From: an uncultured Elusimicrobiales bacterium
Lineage (GTDB): Bacteria > Elusimicrobiota > Elusimicrobia > Elusimicrobiales > Elusimicrobiaceae
Length of the DNA stretch: 64,000 nucleotides
Direction: 5' to 3'
NCBI GenBank assembly: GCA_934667625.1
Contig: CAKUMH010000001.1
Location: 24,792-88,791 of the forward strand
The notes beneath the pieces are model-generated. The model worked only from the letters and a program-made list of their open reading frames with translations. It did not search any database and was not told the DNA's origin. Below are positions 17,737 through 27,294 of this stretch, one piece after another; position 1 is the stretch's first letter; each line of letters begins with the position of its first letter. Position numbers and translations under genes: made by a program.

Positions 17737-19134
17737 TTATTTTTTCTCCGTTTCCTGCCCTTTGGGCGTGTCTTTTACCACGTAGCCCAGCGCGGCGATC
17801 GCGTCGCGCAGTTCGTCTGACTTCTTCCAATCCCTGGCGGCGCGGGCAGCTTGGCGTTCGGCCAGCAACTTGGATACTTCTTCCGGCAAGGTTTGTGCGG
17901 CCGCTTCGGGCGCTTTGAACAGATCCAGCGCTAAAATGGTGTCGGCAAATTGCAAGAAGGCCAATTTTTCGCCGGCGGTTAAATCGCCACTGCGCACGGC
18001 CTCCCACGTGAGGGCCAAGGCTTTGGGGGCGTTTAAATCGTCTTCCATGGCGGCGGTGAATTTTTGTTTCCACGCCTGGGATTTTTCGGTCTCTTGCGGT
18101 TGGTTTCCGGCCGCCGTTTTGACCTGCTGGCACAGGGCGCGCAGGTTTTTGAGGCTCTTGGCGGCGCTGTCCATACTTTCGTACGAAAATTCCAGCTGCG
18201 TGCGGTAATGGGCACCCAAGCACAGATAGCGGTAGGCCAGCGGCTCGTACCCTTTTCCCTTCAGCACATCCAGCGTAACAAAGGTGCCGCCGGATTTGGA
18301 CATTTTGCCCGAGCGTAAAATTAAAAATTCGCCGTGCACCCAGTAGTTGACGTACTTTTGGCCGGTGGCGGCTTCGCTCTGGGCGATTTCGTTGGTGTGG
18401 TGGATGGTGACGTGGTCTATGCCGCCGCAGTGAATATCCAGCGTGTGGCCCAGGTATTTCATGGCCATGGCGGAGCATTCAATGTGCCAGCCCGGGAAAC
18501 CGACTCCCCAGGGACTGTCCCACTCCATTTGGCGTTTTTTGTCCTTGGGAGAAAATTTCCACAAGGCAAAATCGGTCGGGTTGCGTTTTTCGTCGCTCAT
18601 CTCCACGCGGGCACCGCCCTGCAGGCCGCGGATACGGGCATGGCCAACGAGAGCGTCGTAACGGTCAAATTTAGAGGTGTCGTAATAGATTCCGTCGCTG
18701 GTGCGGTAGGTGTAGCCTTTTTCTTCCAGCACCTTGACCAGTGCAATCATTTCCGGAATATGCTGGGTGGCACGGCTGATAATCGTCGGCCTGGTGCAGT
18801 GCAGGGCATCGTAATCCTGCCAGAATTTCGCCTCGTAAAATTTGGCAATATCCCAGGCGCTTTTGCCCTCGCGCGCGGCACCGACTTCCATTTTGTCCTC
18901 GCCGGAGTCCGCGTCCGAAACCAGGTGGCCCACATCCGTTACGTTCATCACGTGTTTGAGCGGATAGTGCAGACGGATGGTGCGGGAAAGCAAATCTTCA
19001 AAAATATAAGTGCGCAGGTTGCCAATGTGCGCGAAGTTGTAGACGGTCGGACCGCAGCAGTACATGGTGACCTGGTGTTCGTTTTGCGGTTTAAACTCGT
19101 CTTTATGGCGGGTGGCAGTGTTGTACAAATACAT
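17737..19134 (-). CDS. cysS: Cysteine--tRNA ligase
   Basis: HIGH-type motif (HIGNLRT), KMSKS, and the CysRS-specific CGPTVYN N-terminus. Confidence 0.9.
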   Translation of the reverse strand: MYLYNTATRHKDEFKPQNEHQVTMYCCGPTVYNFAHIGNLRTYIFEDLLSRTIRLHYPLKHVMNVTDVGHLVSDADSGEDKMEVGAAREGKSAWDIAKFYEAKFWQDYDALHCTRPTIISRATQHIPEMIALVKVLEEKGYTYRTSDGIYYDTSKFDRYDALVGHARIRGLQGGARVEMSDEKRNPTDFALWKFSPKDKKRQMEWDSPWGVGFPGWHIECSAMAMKYLGHTLDIHCGGIDHVTIHHTNEIAQSEAATGQKYVNYWVHGEFLILRSGKMSKSGGTFVTLDVLKGKGYEPLAYRYLCLGAHYRTQLEFSYESMDSAAKSLKNLRALCQQVKTAAGNQPQETEKSQAWKQKFTAAMEDDLNAPKALALTWEAVRSGDLTAGEKLAFLQFADTILALDLFKAPEAAAQTLPEEVSKLLAERQAARAARDWKKSDELRDAIAALGYVVKDTPKGQETEKK

Positions 19135-19135
19135 A

Positions 19136-19720
19136 TTAGTTAGCCTCGTTTATCAGTTGTAAATAAGTAGCTTTGATCGTATTAAAAAATAACGTGCAGG
19201 TAGATTGGCCAACGTCGTTGGCGGAGCGTTCGCTCAGTTTGCAATTTACCTCAATGTCCGAAAGCGGGTTGACGGCGCCAACACTGCTCATGGCATAGGT
19301 AAAGCCGACCGGGCGGTATTTGCGCAGAGCGGCGGAGTAGCCCTTGTCCAGCGCTTGTTGGAAGGCAGTCATTTCCTTGCGGGAAGCCTTGCTCCCCAAT
19401 TTAAATTTGCGCGTGGCCACGCTGACGACAACATCGCCGTACGTGCCGTAAGTACCGGCTAAATTTTCGGACGTAAAGTCCTCGTCCGCGCCGAGGGTTT
19501 CTTCTGTTTGCGGGGCACCGTCCTGCGCGGAGACGGATGGCGTGAGCGGTTGGGAAGCGTCCGTGGGAAGGGTGGAGGTAAATTCGTAATAGGCCTCGTT
19601 GCCCGGGTAGCGGGAATAGTCAATCCCCTGGGTGACCTGTTTGCGCGAGCGGTAATCCGTGCTGCTACAGGCGGCCAAGAGGGCACAGCCTAAACAAAAA
19701 ACAAGTATGCGAATTTTCAT
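19136..19720 (-). CDS. Lipoprotein, function unknown
   Basis: MKIRILVFCLGCALLAACSS signal peptide with lipobox; AGGAGA RBS; ATGA overlap with the ispDF stop. Confidence 0.55.
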   Translation of the reverse strand: MKIRILVFCLGCALLAACSSTDYRSRKQVTQGIDYSRYPGNEAYYEFTSTLPTDASQPLTPSVSAQDGAPQTEETLGADEDFTSENLAGTYGTYGDVVVSVATRKFKLGSKASRKEMTAFQQALDKGYSAALRKYRPVGFTYAMSSVGAVNPLSDIEVNCKLSERSANDVGQSTCTLFFNTIKATYLQLINEAN

Positions 19721-20871
19721 AAACTTCTCCTGATTTTTAGCGTTGCCACGGCGTGGCACATGGCGGCTTCGCCGCGGCCAATTTCGCCCACGTGCTCGTG
19801 GCTTTTGGATTTAAAGCTAACGTTTTCAAGCGGCATTTCAAACACCTGCGCCAACGACTTACGCACGGTATCGTAATGCGGTTTGATTTTTGGTTCCTGC
19901 GTAATAATGGTGGCGTCTATATGTTCAATTTCGGCATGGTGCTGGCGGACAATCTCCAGCACTTTTTTAGCAATTTTTACGCTGGAAATGCCCTTAATGG
20001 AATTGTCCGTGGGCGGGAATAAAATGCCGATTTCCCCGGCGCAGAGGGCTCCTAAAATAGCGTCGCACAAGGCGTGGAGGACGAGATCCCCGTCGCTATG
20101 GCCTAAAAAACCCTTGGTGTGCGGGATTTCCGTCCCGCCGATAAACAACTTGTGGCCCGGTTCCAAGCGGTGCAAATCAAAACCGAAGCCCGTTCTAAAA
20201 ATTACATTTTCGTGCAAGAGTGCCTCCGCAAAAACCAAATCTTCCGGCGTGGTGATTTTATTGTTTTTATAATCGGACAATACCACGCGCACTTTAACAC
20301 CCAATTTTTCCACCAGCTGGGATTCGTCCGTGGCGTCTTTTTCGTGGCCGAATTTTTCCAGCGCGGCGGCTAAAATTTCCCGTCTGTAGCCCTGCGGGGT
20401 TTGGGCGGCCCACAAAGTGGAACGGTCCAGCGTTTGGGCCACAAACCCGCCGGAGCAGACCTTTACCGTATCCTTGACCGGAACGGCCAGCACGGCGGCG
20501 CCGTCTTTTTGGGCGGCCTGCAGGCAAGCCGTGATGGCGGCGGGACTGACGAGCGGGCGTGCCCCGTCGTGCACCAACACGCAAACGGCCTGCGGGGAGG
20601 TTTTGGCAAACCCGTGGCAGACGGATTCCAACCGGGTGGAACCGGGGTCTGCGTAAATTAATCCGGCGAAATGTTTGTTCAGCTCGGCCCGGTTTTCCGC
20701 GGGCGTGACGACCACGATTTCGCCAATTTCGGGAACCTGCTTAAAGGCTTCCACCGTACGAACCAAAACGGGTTTTCCGCCAAGCGGCAACATTTGCTTG
20801 GGGCGGCCCATGCGTGTGCCGCTTCCTCCCGCTACAATTACCACCGACGAAAAACCCGTCAGACTATTCAT
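19717..20871 (-). CDS. ispDF: Bifunctional IspD/IspF (MEP cytidylyltransferase / MEcPP synthase)
   Basis: N-terminal VIVAGGSGTRMGRPKQ (IspD) and C-terminal GFGFDLHRL...GHSDGDVLLHA (IspF) domains; start at ATG 20871 (the ORF-track start is TTG). Confidence 0.9.
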   Translation of the reverse strand: MNSLTGFSSVVIVAGGSGTRMGRPKQMLPLGGKPVLVRTVEAFKQVPEIGEIVVVTPAENRAELNKHFAGLIYADPGSTRLESVCHGFAKTSPQAVCVLVHDGARPLVSPAAITACLQAAQKDGAAVLAVPVKDTVKVCSGGFVAQTLDRSTLWAAQTPQGYRREILAAALEKFGHEKDATDESQLVEKLGVKVRVVLSDYKNNKITTPEDLVFAEALLHENVIFRTGFGFDLHRLEPGHKLFIGGTEIPHTKGFLGHSDGDLVLHALCDAILGALCAGEIGILFPPTDNSIKGISSVKIAKKVLEIVRQHHAEIEHIDATIITQEPKIKPHYDTVRKSLAQVFEMPLENVSFKSKSHEHVGEIGRGEAAMCHAVATLKIRRSL

Positions 20872-20878
20872 AAAAACC

Positions 20879-21826
20879 TTATTTAATTTTGGCAAAAATC
20901 ATCCGACCGGAAGACGTTTGCAAAATGGAGTACACCGCCACCTCGGCCCGTTTGCCAATGTGTTTGCGGCCGTCCTCCACCACCACCATGGTGCCGTCGT
21001 CCAGATATCCGATGCCCTGCTCTTTTTCTTTGCCGTCCTTCATGATAAACAGCGACATGCTTTCCCCAGGCAGCACCACCGGCTTTAAGGCGGTGGCCAG
21101 GTCCGCAATGTTAAGGGCAATTACATCATGCAAGGCGGCAATTTTATTGACATTAAAATCCAAGGTGACCACTTCGGCGTCCAGGCTTGCGGCCAATTTT
21201 ACCACGCGTTCCTCCATGGAGGAAGCTTTGGGGTTTTTGGACGTGATGCGCACGGACACTTCAGTCAATTCCTGCAAGCGGGTGGCAACATCCAGCCCGC
21301 GGCGGCCTTTGGCGCGTTCCAACGGGTCACGCGAGGCGACCATTTTGTTGAGTTCATCCAGCACAAACACCGGCAGTACGATAATGCCGGAAAGGAAATT
21401 AATTTCGCACAAATCCACAATGCGTCCGTCCATCAGCGCCGTTACGTCGGCTACCTTTAAATGGTGTCCTTTGTAGGAAAGGCCTTCCAAATCGCTTGAT
21501 TTAAACAAACTGGCCAACACACCGAAAACGAGCAGGGCAATTTCTATGCGGCCTTCGTGCACGTTCCAAAAGGCCAGCACGTCGCTACTGGCAAAGTGCA
21601 TAAGCGTGTAATCAAACAACACATACAGCAAATACCCCAGTAAGAAGCCGGAGCAGGCAATCATAATTTTGATCAGGCGCAGGCGTTTAAACAACACCTC
21701 CGTGCCGACCAGAAGCGCGCCGCACAGCAGCCCGCCCAAAACACTCATCCAATCCTGACTGATAAAATTGTAGGTGAGAAACGCAAACGCCACCAACGTG
21801 GAAATGCGAAAAATCCAAATAGGCAT
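20879..21826 (-). CDS. PIN/TRAM-domain membrane protein (YacL-like)
   Basis: N-terminal TM helices, a central PIN-like region and a C-terminal TRAM-like beta-barrel; radA-yacL-ispD synteny as in Bacillus. Confidence 0.65.
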   Translation of the reverse strand: MPIWIFRISTLVAFAFLTYNFISQDWMSVLGGLLCGALLVGTEVLFKRLRLIKIMIACSGFLLGYLLYVLFDYTLMHFASSDVLAFWNVHEGRIEIALLVFGVLASLFKSSDLEGLSYKGHHLKVADVTALMDGRIVDLCEINFLSGIIVLPVFVLDELNKMVASRDPLERAKGRRGLDVATRLQELTEVSVRITSKNPKASSMEERVVKLAASLDAEVVTLDFNVNKIAALHDVIALNIADLATALKPVVLPGESMSLFIMKDGKEKEQGIGYLDDGTMVVVEDGRKHIGKRAEVAVYSILQTSSGRMIFAKIK

Positions 21827-21938
21827 AAGCCCTCCAAAAAATACGGGGTAAAATTCCCCAAATAGACTAGCTATATTTTAGCACTTTGTGGGCGTATTTT
21901 GCAGAAATTGTTGGACGGAGCAGCGGGCGGACGGCCTG

Positions 21939-23306
21939 TTACCTGAGTTTGAGGGACAGATCGTTCAAATCCGCCAGTTCCAACAGGGTCATTTCCTTTA
22001 GTTTCTGCTTTTCGCCCTTGGTCACCGCGGCGGCATAGGCTTTTTTGAACCCGAGCCGCTGGGCTTCTTCCAACCGACGGTCAATAAGCGGCACCTTGGC
22101 TACTTGGCCCAAAATGCCTACCTCCGCCATAAACACACTGTCGGGCGCGATGGGGATTTCTTTGCATGAGCTGATGACCGCCGCACAGACGGCTAAATCC
22201 AGCGCGGGATCCTTGAGCTTTACGCCCCCCGCCAAACTGACAAAAATGTCCTTGTTATCCAACGACAGACCAATGTGCTTTTCCAGCGCGGCAAACAACA
22301 TCAGGCACCGATTTAAATCCACCCCCGTAGCCACACGGCGCGGAAAAGGATAGCGCGTGGGGGACACCAGCGCCTGTACTTCGGTTAAAATCGGGCGGGA
22401 ACCCTCCAGCGCCAGGGAATACGCGCGGCCCTTTAGCGCGCGGTCGCGCGAAGTTTGGGCAAAATACTCGCTGGCGTTTTCCACCGACTCCAATCCGTGG
22501 GCCGTCATTTTAAAGAGGCCGATTTCGCCGGTGGAACCAAAGCGGTTCTTGTGCGGGCGCAAGAGACGCAGGACATTGTCTTTTTCCGTATCAAAATACA
22601 ACACGCAGTCCACCATGTGCTCCAAAATTTTGGGGCCGGCCAGTTCGCCGTCTTTGGTGACGTGCCCCAGCACAAAAGTGATAATGCCCTTGGGCTTGCA
22701 CAGGCGCACCAGTTCGCTGGTGCATTCGCGCACCTGCGCCACGGTGCCGGCCGAGGAGGTAAATTCCGGGTGATAGACGGTTTGGATAGAGTCCAAAATC
22801 AGCACATCGGGGTTGACCTGTTCCACGGACTCAACGATTTTTTGGATATCCGTTTCGCAATGCAAAAAGATATTTTCCCCTTTGACGTTAAGGCGTTGGG
22901 CGCGGCCCGAAATTTGGCCGATGCTTTCCTCGCCCGAAATGTAGAGCACCTTAAGCGTTTTGGAAAGTTCCGCCGCCACCTGCAACATTAAGGTAGACTT
23001 ACCGATCCCCGGTGCGCCGGCCAGCAGCGTCAGCTGCCCCTTGACCAGCCCCCCGCCGAGCAGGCGGTCAAACTCGGGAATGTGTGTTTCAATGCGGGGT
23101 TCCTTGACGGCTTTGCTTTCGGAAAGTTTGACGATTTCTGACGAAAAATCCGTAAAACTGCGGGTGCGCTGGGAAGGCCTTTTGCTTTCTTGCTGTTTGA
23201 CCTCTTCCACCAACGTATTCCACTCCCCACATTCCGGGCATTTGCCGGCCCATTTAGGGGATTCGTATCCGCATTTTTGGCACACGAAAACCGTTTTAAA
23301 TTTCAT
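21939..23306 (-). CDS. radA: DNA repair protein RadA/Sms
   Basis: CxxC...CxxC zinc finger at the N-terminus; RecA-like Walker A GAPGIGKSTL; KNRFG motif; Lon-like C-terminal domain. Confidence 0.9.
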   Translation of the reverse strand: MKFKTVFVCQKCGYESPKWAGKCPECGEWNTLVEEVKQQESKRPSQRTRSFTDFSSEIVKLSESKAVKEPRIETHIPEFDRLLGGGLVKGQLTLLAGAPGIGKSTLMLQVAAELSKTLKVLYISGEESIGQISGRAQRLNVKGENIFLHCETDIQKIVESVEQVNPDVLILDSIQTVYHPEFTSSAGTVAQVRECTSELVRLCKPKGIITFVLGHVTKDGELAGPKILEHMVDCVLYFDTEKDNVLRLLRPHKNRFGSTGEIGLFKMTAHGLESVENASEYFAQTSRDRALKGRAYSLALEGSRPILTEVQALVSPTRYPFPRRVATGVDLNRCLMLFAALEKHIGLSLDNKDIFVSLAGGVKLKDPALDLAVCAAVISSCKEIPIAPDSVFMAEVGILGQVAKVPLIDRRLEEAQRLGFKKAYAAAVTKGEKQKLKEMTLLELADLNDLSLKLR

Positions 23307-23308
23307 AC

Positions 23309-24604
23309 TTAGCGCGCTCCAGCCGCGGCCGCCATGCCAAAGAAGGACGAAATATCCTGGTCGTTAAACGACAGGTTGGCCTTGAGGGCGACATCGTTGG
23401 TTTCCAGCGCGTCGCGCATCCAGGCGCCCACGGAGAAATAGCGGTTGAGGCGGAAATCCATGCCGTATGTGAGGTTGGGCTTGTTAAACCGGCGGCCGTT
23501 AATGGTGCGGTCTCGCCCCCAATCGTACAATTCTCCGCCAACGGTAAAGCGGCTTAAGAATTCGTCGTCATAGAACGGTTTTAATTCCAACGCCACCCCG
23601 CCGCCGCCGCGAATCAAGCCGGCAGACACCGTGGCCCACTTGTTGTAGAGCCCGAAGCGGACATCAAACTTGTTCTTTTCCAGGTAGTCGTTTTCTTTGA
23701 GTTTATCGTCCTCGTTGCCAATGTTAGCCATACCGACGCGGTAGAAGGTGTAGCCGCTGGAGGGGAAGATTTCCAACGCCAGGTCGCTCGTGGCCAGCTT
23801 GGCGTTGGGCATATAGAAGAAGTCGTAATCCCAATACACGCGGAAACGGCTCATCTTGCCCACAAAGGTTTTGACTTCGCCCATGGTTTCTTTTAAATCC
23901 TTGACGCTGGTCTTGACGTCTTGCTTCATCTCCGGGTCTTTGATTAAACTGCCGATGACGCCTTCGCCATTTTCCAGGCTGGTCATTAAAGAATCCGCCT
24001 TAGCCAGCAGCTCTTTTAACTGTTCGGAGGCGACATCCAAATTCTGCACGGAATTAGACAGGTAGGGCTTCATCTGCGCCACTAATTGGTTTAAATTGGC
24101 CGAGAGTTGGCGGACGTCGTTCATGGTTTGGTTGAGCTTGGCACCAAATTCGCCCTGATTGTTAACGCTATCTACAAATTCTTTAATGCTGGACATGGTT
24201 TGCGTAATCATAACGTCCATGGGCTGTTCGTCCATGCCCGGCACGTAATCGCCCGCCGCAATTAGCGGAGCGGACACGGGACCCTGGACGGCTTTTAAAT
24301 ACTTGGAACCGATGATACCCGTCATGGCGACGGAAAATTGCGTTCCGCGGTGCAGGGAGACATTCTCGTTAACGGCGGCAACGACAACGACGCGGTCCCC
24401 CTCTATTTTAATTTTGCTCACGCGCCCCACTTCCACCCCGGCAAGTTTGACGGGCGCCTGCACGGCCAGGCCGGACACGTCCGCAAACGTAATGTTTACA
24501 TCATACGTACGTGTGACGGAAAAGCCGCCCAAAAAATAGAGTGAAAACCCGAACACAATAAGTCCGAGTACGGTAAAAATCCCCAATTTGGTTTCTGGTT
24601 TCAT
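23309..24604 (-). CDS. mlaD: MCE/MlaD-family protein with a long C-terminal extension
   Basis: N-terminal TM helix plus an MCE domain (VNITFADVSGLAVQAPVKLAGVEVGRV); adjacent to mlaF and mlaE. Confidence 0.75.
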   Translation of the reverse strand: MKPETKLGIFTVLGLIVFGFSLYFLGGFSVTRTYDVNITFADVSGLAVQAPVKLAGVEVGRVSKIKIEGDRVVVVAAVNENVSLHRGTQFSVAMTGIIGSKYLKAVQGPVSAPLIAAGDYVPGMDEQPMDVMITQTMSSIKEFVDSVNNQGEFGAKLNQTMNDVRQLSANLNQLVAQMKPYLSNSVQNLDVASEQLKELLAKADSLMTSLENGEGVIGSLIKDPEMKQDVKTSVKDLKETMGEVKTFVGKMSRFRVYWDYDFFYMPNAKLATSDLALEIFPSSGYTFYRVGMANIGNEDDKLKENDYLEKNKFDVRFGLYNKWATVSAGLIRGGGGVALELKPFYDDEFLSRFTVGGELYDWGRDRTINGRRFNKPNLTYGMDFRLNRYFSVGAWMRDALETNDVALKANLSFNDQDISSFFGMAAAAGAR

Positions 24605-24637
24605 TTCTTCATCCTTTTACAAGTAGTTAAGTTGTCC

Positions 24638-25405
24638 TTAGTCGGCCGCGCGCAACTTCATTTGGATCGGTCCGTGGCTGCTGCCTTGCACAAACTGCCG
24701 CACATACGGATTGTCCGTTTTTTGAAATTCCTGCGGTGTGCCGTACATCAAAATCTTTCCTTCATACAAAAAGGCAATGTAGTCCGCAATTTTAAAGGCG
24801 GAGTGCATATCGTGCGTGATGACCACAGAGGTGACGCCGAGCTTGGCCTTTAAATCCATAATCAAATCGCTGATAATGTCCGACATAATGGGGTCCAGCC
24901 CGGTGGTGGGTTCATCATACAAGATGACCTTGGGCTCCACCGCCAGCACCCGCGCCAGGGAAACACGCTTCTTCATCCCGCCGGAAAGTTCGCTGGGGTT
25001 TAGTTTAGCGACGTCCTCCTTGAGCCCGACGAGGGCAAGCTTTTCCCGAATGACTTTGGGATAGTCCTGCTCCGGCACCTCGGTCAGGTATTTTAAACCA
25101 AAGGCCACGTTTTCCCCCACGCTCATGGAATCAAAAAGTGCGCCCTCTTGAAACAAATAGCCAAAACGGCGGCGAATAGCGGCGAGTTTGATTTCGCTGT
25201 GGATTTTGGTAATGTCCTTCCCGTCCACCAAAATTTTTCCGCCCGTGACCTGTTCCAGCCCGATCAAGCACTTGATAAGGGTGCTTTTGCCGGAACCGGA
25301 ACCGCCCAAGATACAGGTGGTTTTGCCTTCCTCAATCCTGAGGTTGACGTCTTTTAACACCTGCTTGGCACCAAAACTTTTTTGAAGGTCTACGATTTCT
25401 ATCAT
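24638..25405 (-). CDS. mlaF: ABC transporter ATP-binding protein MlaF
   Basis: Walker A GGSGSGKST; signature LSGGMKKRVSLAR; Walker B ILYDEPT. Confidence 0.85.
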   Translation of the reverse strand: MIEIVDLQKSFGAKQVLKDVNLRIEEGKTTCILGGSGSGKSTLIKCLIGLEQVTGGKILVDGKDITKIHSEIKLAAIRRRFGYLFQEGALFDSMSVGENVAFGLKYLTEVPEQDYPKVIREKLALVGLKEDVAKLNPSELSGGMKKRVSLARVLAVEPKVILYDEPTTGLDPIMSDIISDLIMDLKAKLGVTSVVITHDMHSAFKIADYIAFLYEGKILMYGTPQEFQKTDNPYVRQFVQGSSHGPIQMKLRAAD

Positions 25406-25408
25406 ATC

Positions 25409-26185
25409 TCAAATCCCAAAAGCCGTTAAAATGGCGGTTAAAAAGTAGTCCAGCACCAAAATGAGCACAATGGTGGTGACTACGGCACCGGTGGTGGATT
25501 TGCCCACCCCTTCCGCACCGCCGCGGGTGCTAATGCCTTTGTAGCAGCAGACCGTGGCCACCATAAAGGCAAAGACAAAGGATTTAATAAACCCGTGCAT
25601 AAAATCGGCCACGTCCATAAAGGACGTAATGTCCGTAATATACACTTCGCCCGCTACATGCAGGGCGTATACGGCCACCAAGTAGCCGCCCAACACCCCA
25701 AACAGGTTGGAAAAAAGCGTTAAAATCGGCATGGTGAGCACAAAACCGAACATGCGCGGAATGACCAAATAGCGGATGGGATTGGTGCCCAGGGTGTACA
25801 GCGCGTCAATTTGCTCGGTGACGGCCATGGTGCCAATCTGCGCCGTGACCGCCGCGCCCGCACGCCCGGAAACGACCACGGCCGTGAGCACGGGACCTAG
25901 CTCGCGGATGAGCGAAAAAGTGACAATGGTGCCGACAAAAATCGGTTCGCCAAAAATGTTGCCAATGGTATTGCCTGCCTGCAGGGCCAGCACCATACCG
26001 GTAAATAGGCTGGTGAGCGCTGTGACGCCAAAGGATTCCACCCCAATCGTGACGCTTTGCTCCACTGCTTGGGCAAATTCAAAGCGGGCGTGGGTCAGCC
26101 AAAACAGGCTGGAGCGCACCATTTTGGCGGCGCCGCCCACTTGGTTAAACAAATGCGTCATGTATTTGCCAATGTTGGTAAACAT
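25409..26185 (-). CDS. mlaE: ABC transporter permease MlaE
   Basis: 258 aa polytopic permease of the MlaE/YrbE family; operonic with mlaF and mlaD; TAATG overlap with alr. Confidence 0.8.
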   Translation of the reverse strand: MFTNIGKYMTHLFNQVGGAAKMVRSSLFWLTHARFEFAQAVEQSVTIGVESFGVTALTSLFTGMVLALQAGNTIGNIFGEPIFVGTIVTFSLIRELGPVLTAVVVSGRAGAAVTAQIGTMAVTEQIDALYTLGTNPIRYLVIPRMFGFVLTMPILTLFSNLFGVLGGYLVAVYALHVAGEVYITDITSFMDVADFMHGFIKSFVFAFMVATVCCYKGISTRGGAEGVGKSTTGAVVTTIVLILVLDYFLTAILTAFGI

Positions 26186-27294
26186 TATTCTTTATAAATC
26201 CTCGGTACGCGCGGCATGAGCAGCGTGCACAGCTCGTAATCAATCGTGCCGGCCTGTTGCGCCAGTTCGGCGAAGGTGATTTCCTCGTCGCCTTGGCGGC
26301 CGACGGCTACGGCTTCGTCCCCTACGCACACGGGGCCGGCGTTTGTGATATCCACCATGAGCATATCCATGGTAATGTTGCCCAAGATCGGGCAGCGTTT
26401 GCCACGGATAAGCACAGAGGCCTTGTTGGAAAGAGCGCGAAGGTAGCCGTCCCCATACCCCAAGGGCAAGGTGGCGACCTTCATATTTTGGGACGCAATA
26501 AAACTGCGGTTGTAGCTGACGCTAAACCCGGCGGGGAGATCTTTGACGTATACCACGCGGGTTTTGAGCGATAAGATCGGCTCAAAGCCCTTTTCCAGCC
26601 CAAAAGCGCTGTGACCCGTGCGAACCATATCGTAATGGACATCCGGGCGGGCCGTAATGGCCGCGGAAGCCGCCACATGACAATGGTTTACGTGAATGCC
26701 GTGGAGCTGAATGTTGGTAAGCGTGTCGCGGTAGTAGCCGATTTGCTCTTCGGTAAAGTCCGGGTCCGTCTCCACGCTGGACAGGTGGGTAAAAAACCCG
26801 TCTAAAATAACAAAGGGATTTTTAGCCAAAAACTCAATTACGCTAAAAACGTTTCCGCGCCGCGTGCCGATGCGGCCCATGCCCGTGTCCTGCTTGACGT
26901 GGCAAAGAGCCTTTTTGCCCAACTTTTCGGCAATTTGACAGACGGCCTTGGCGGCATCCATACTGGCAATGGTGATGGCAATATCGTTTTTAACAGCGTA
27001 CTCAAAGGCCTCAAACGGATAAATGCTGCCCAGCACCAAAATCGGCAGGGTTACGCCCGCCTGCCGCAGCTGGAGCGCCTCTTCCACCGATGCGGCGCCA
27101 AAGCAATCGCTTAGTTTGTTTTTTTCCAAAAACAAACCCAAGGGCACCGCGCCGTGACCATAGGCGTTGGCCTTGAGCACGGTGAGCACCTGCACACCGG
27201 GGCCGGCCTGCTCGTGCACTTTGTGCATATTGCGGGCCAATTTTTTTAAATCTACTTCGGCAACCGTTGGGCGCAAAATAGGCATCATACTCAC
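26185..27294 (-). CDS. alr: Alanine racemase
   Basis: PLP-binding VLKANAYGHG; 369 aa; the GTG start overlaps the dnaB stop (alternative ATG 6 nt downstream). Confidence 0.85.
   Translation of the reverse strand: MSMMPILRPTVAEVDLKKLARNMHKVHEQAGPGVQVLTVLKANAYGHGAVPLGLFLEKNKLSDCFGAASVEEALQLRQAGVTLPILVLGSIYPFEAFEYAVKNDIAITIASMDAAKAVCQIAEKLGKKALCHVKQDTGMGRIGTRRGNVFSVIEFLAKNPFVILDGFFTHLSSVETDPDFTEEQIGYYRDTLTNIQLHGIHVNHCHVAASAAITARPDVHYDMVRTGHSAFGLEKGFEPILSLKTRVVYVKDLPAGFSVSYNRSFIASQNMKVATLPLGYGDGYLRALSNKASVLIRGKRCPILGNITMDMLMVDITNAGPVCVGDEAVAVGRQGDEEITFAELAQQAGTIDYELCTLLMPRVPRIYKE

Noticed and set aside
17732-18478. ORF 17732..18478 (248 aa, Arg/Pro-rich) and 18334..19143 (plus strand) overlapping cysS
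   Set aside because: Alternative frames of cysS; no domain signal and biased composition.
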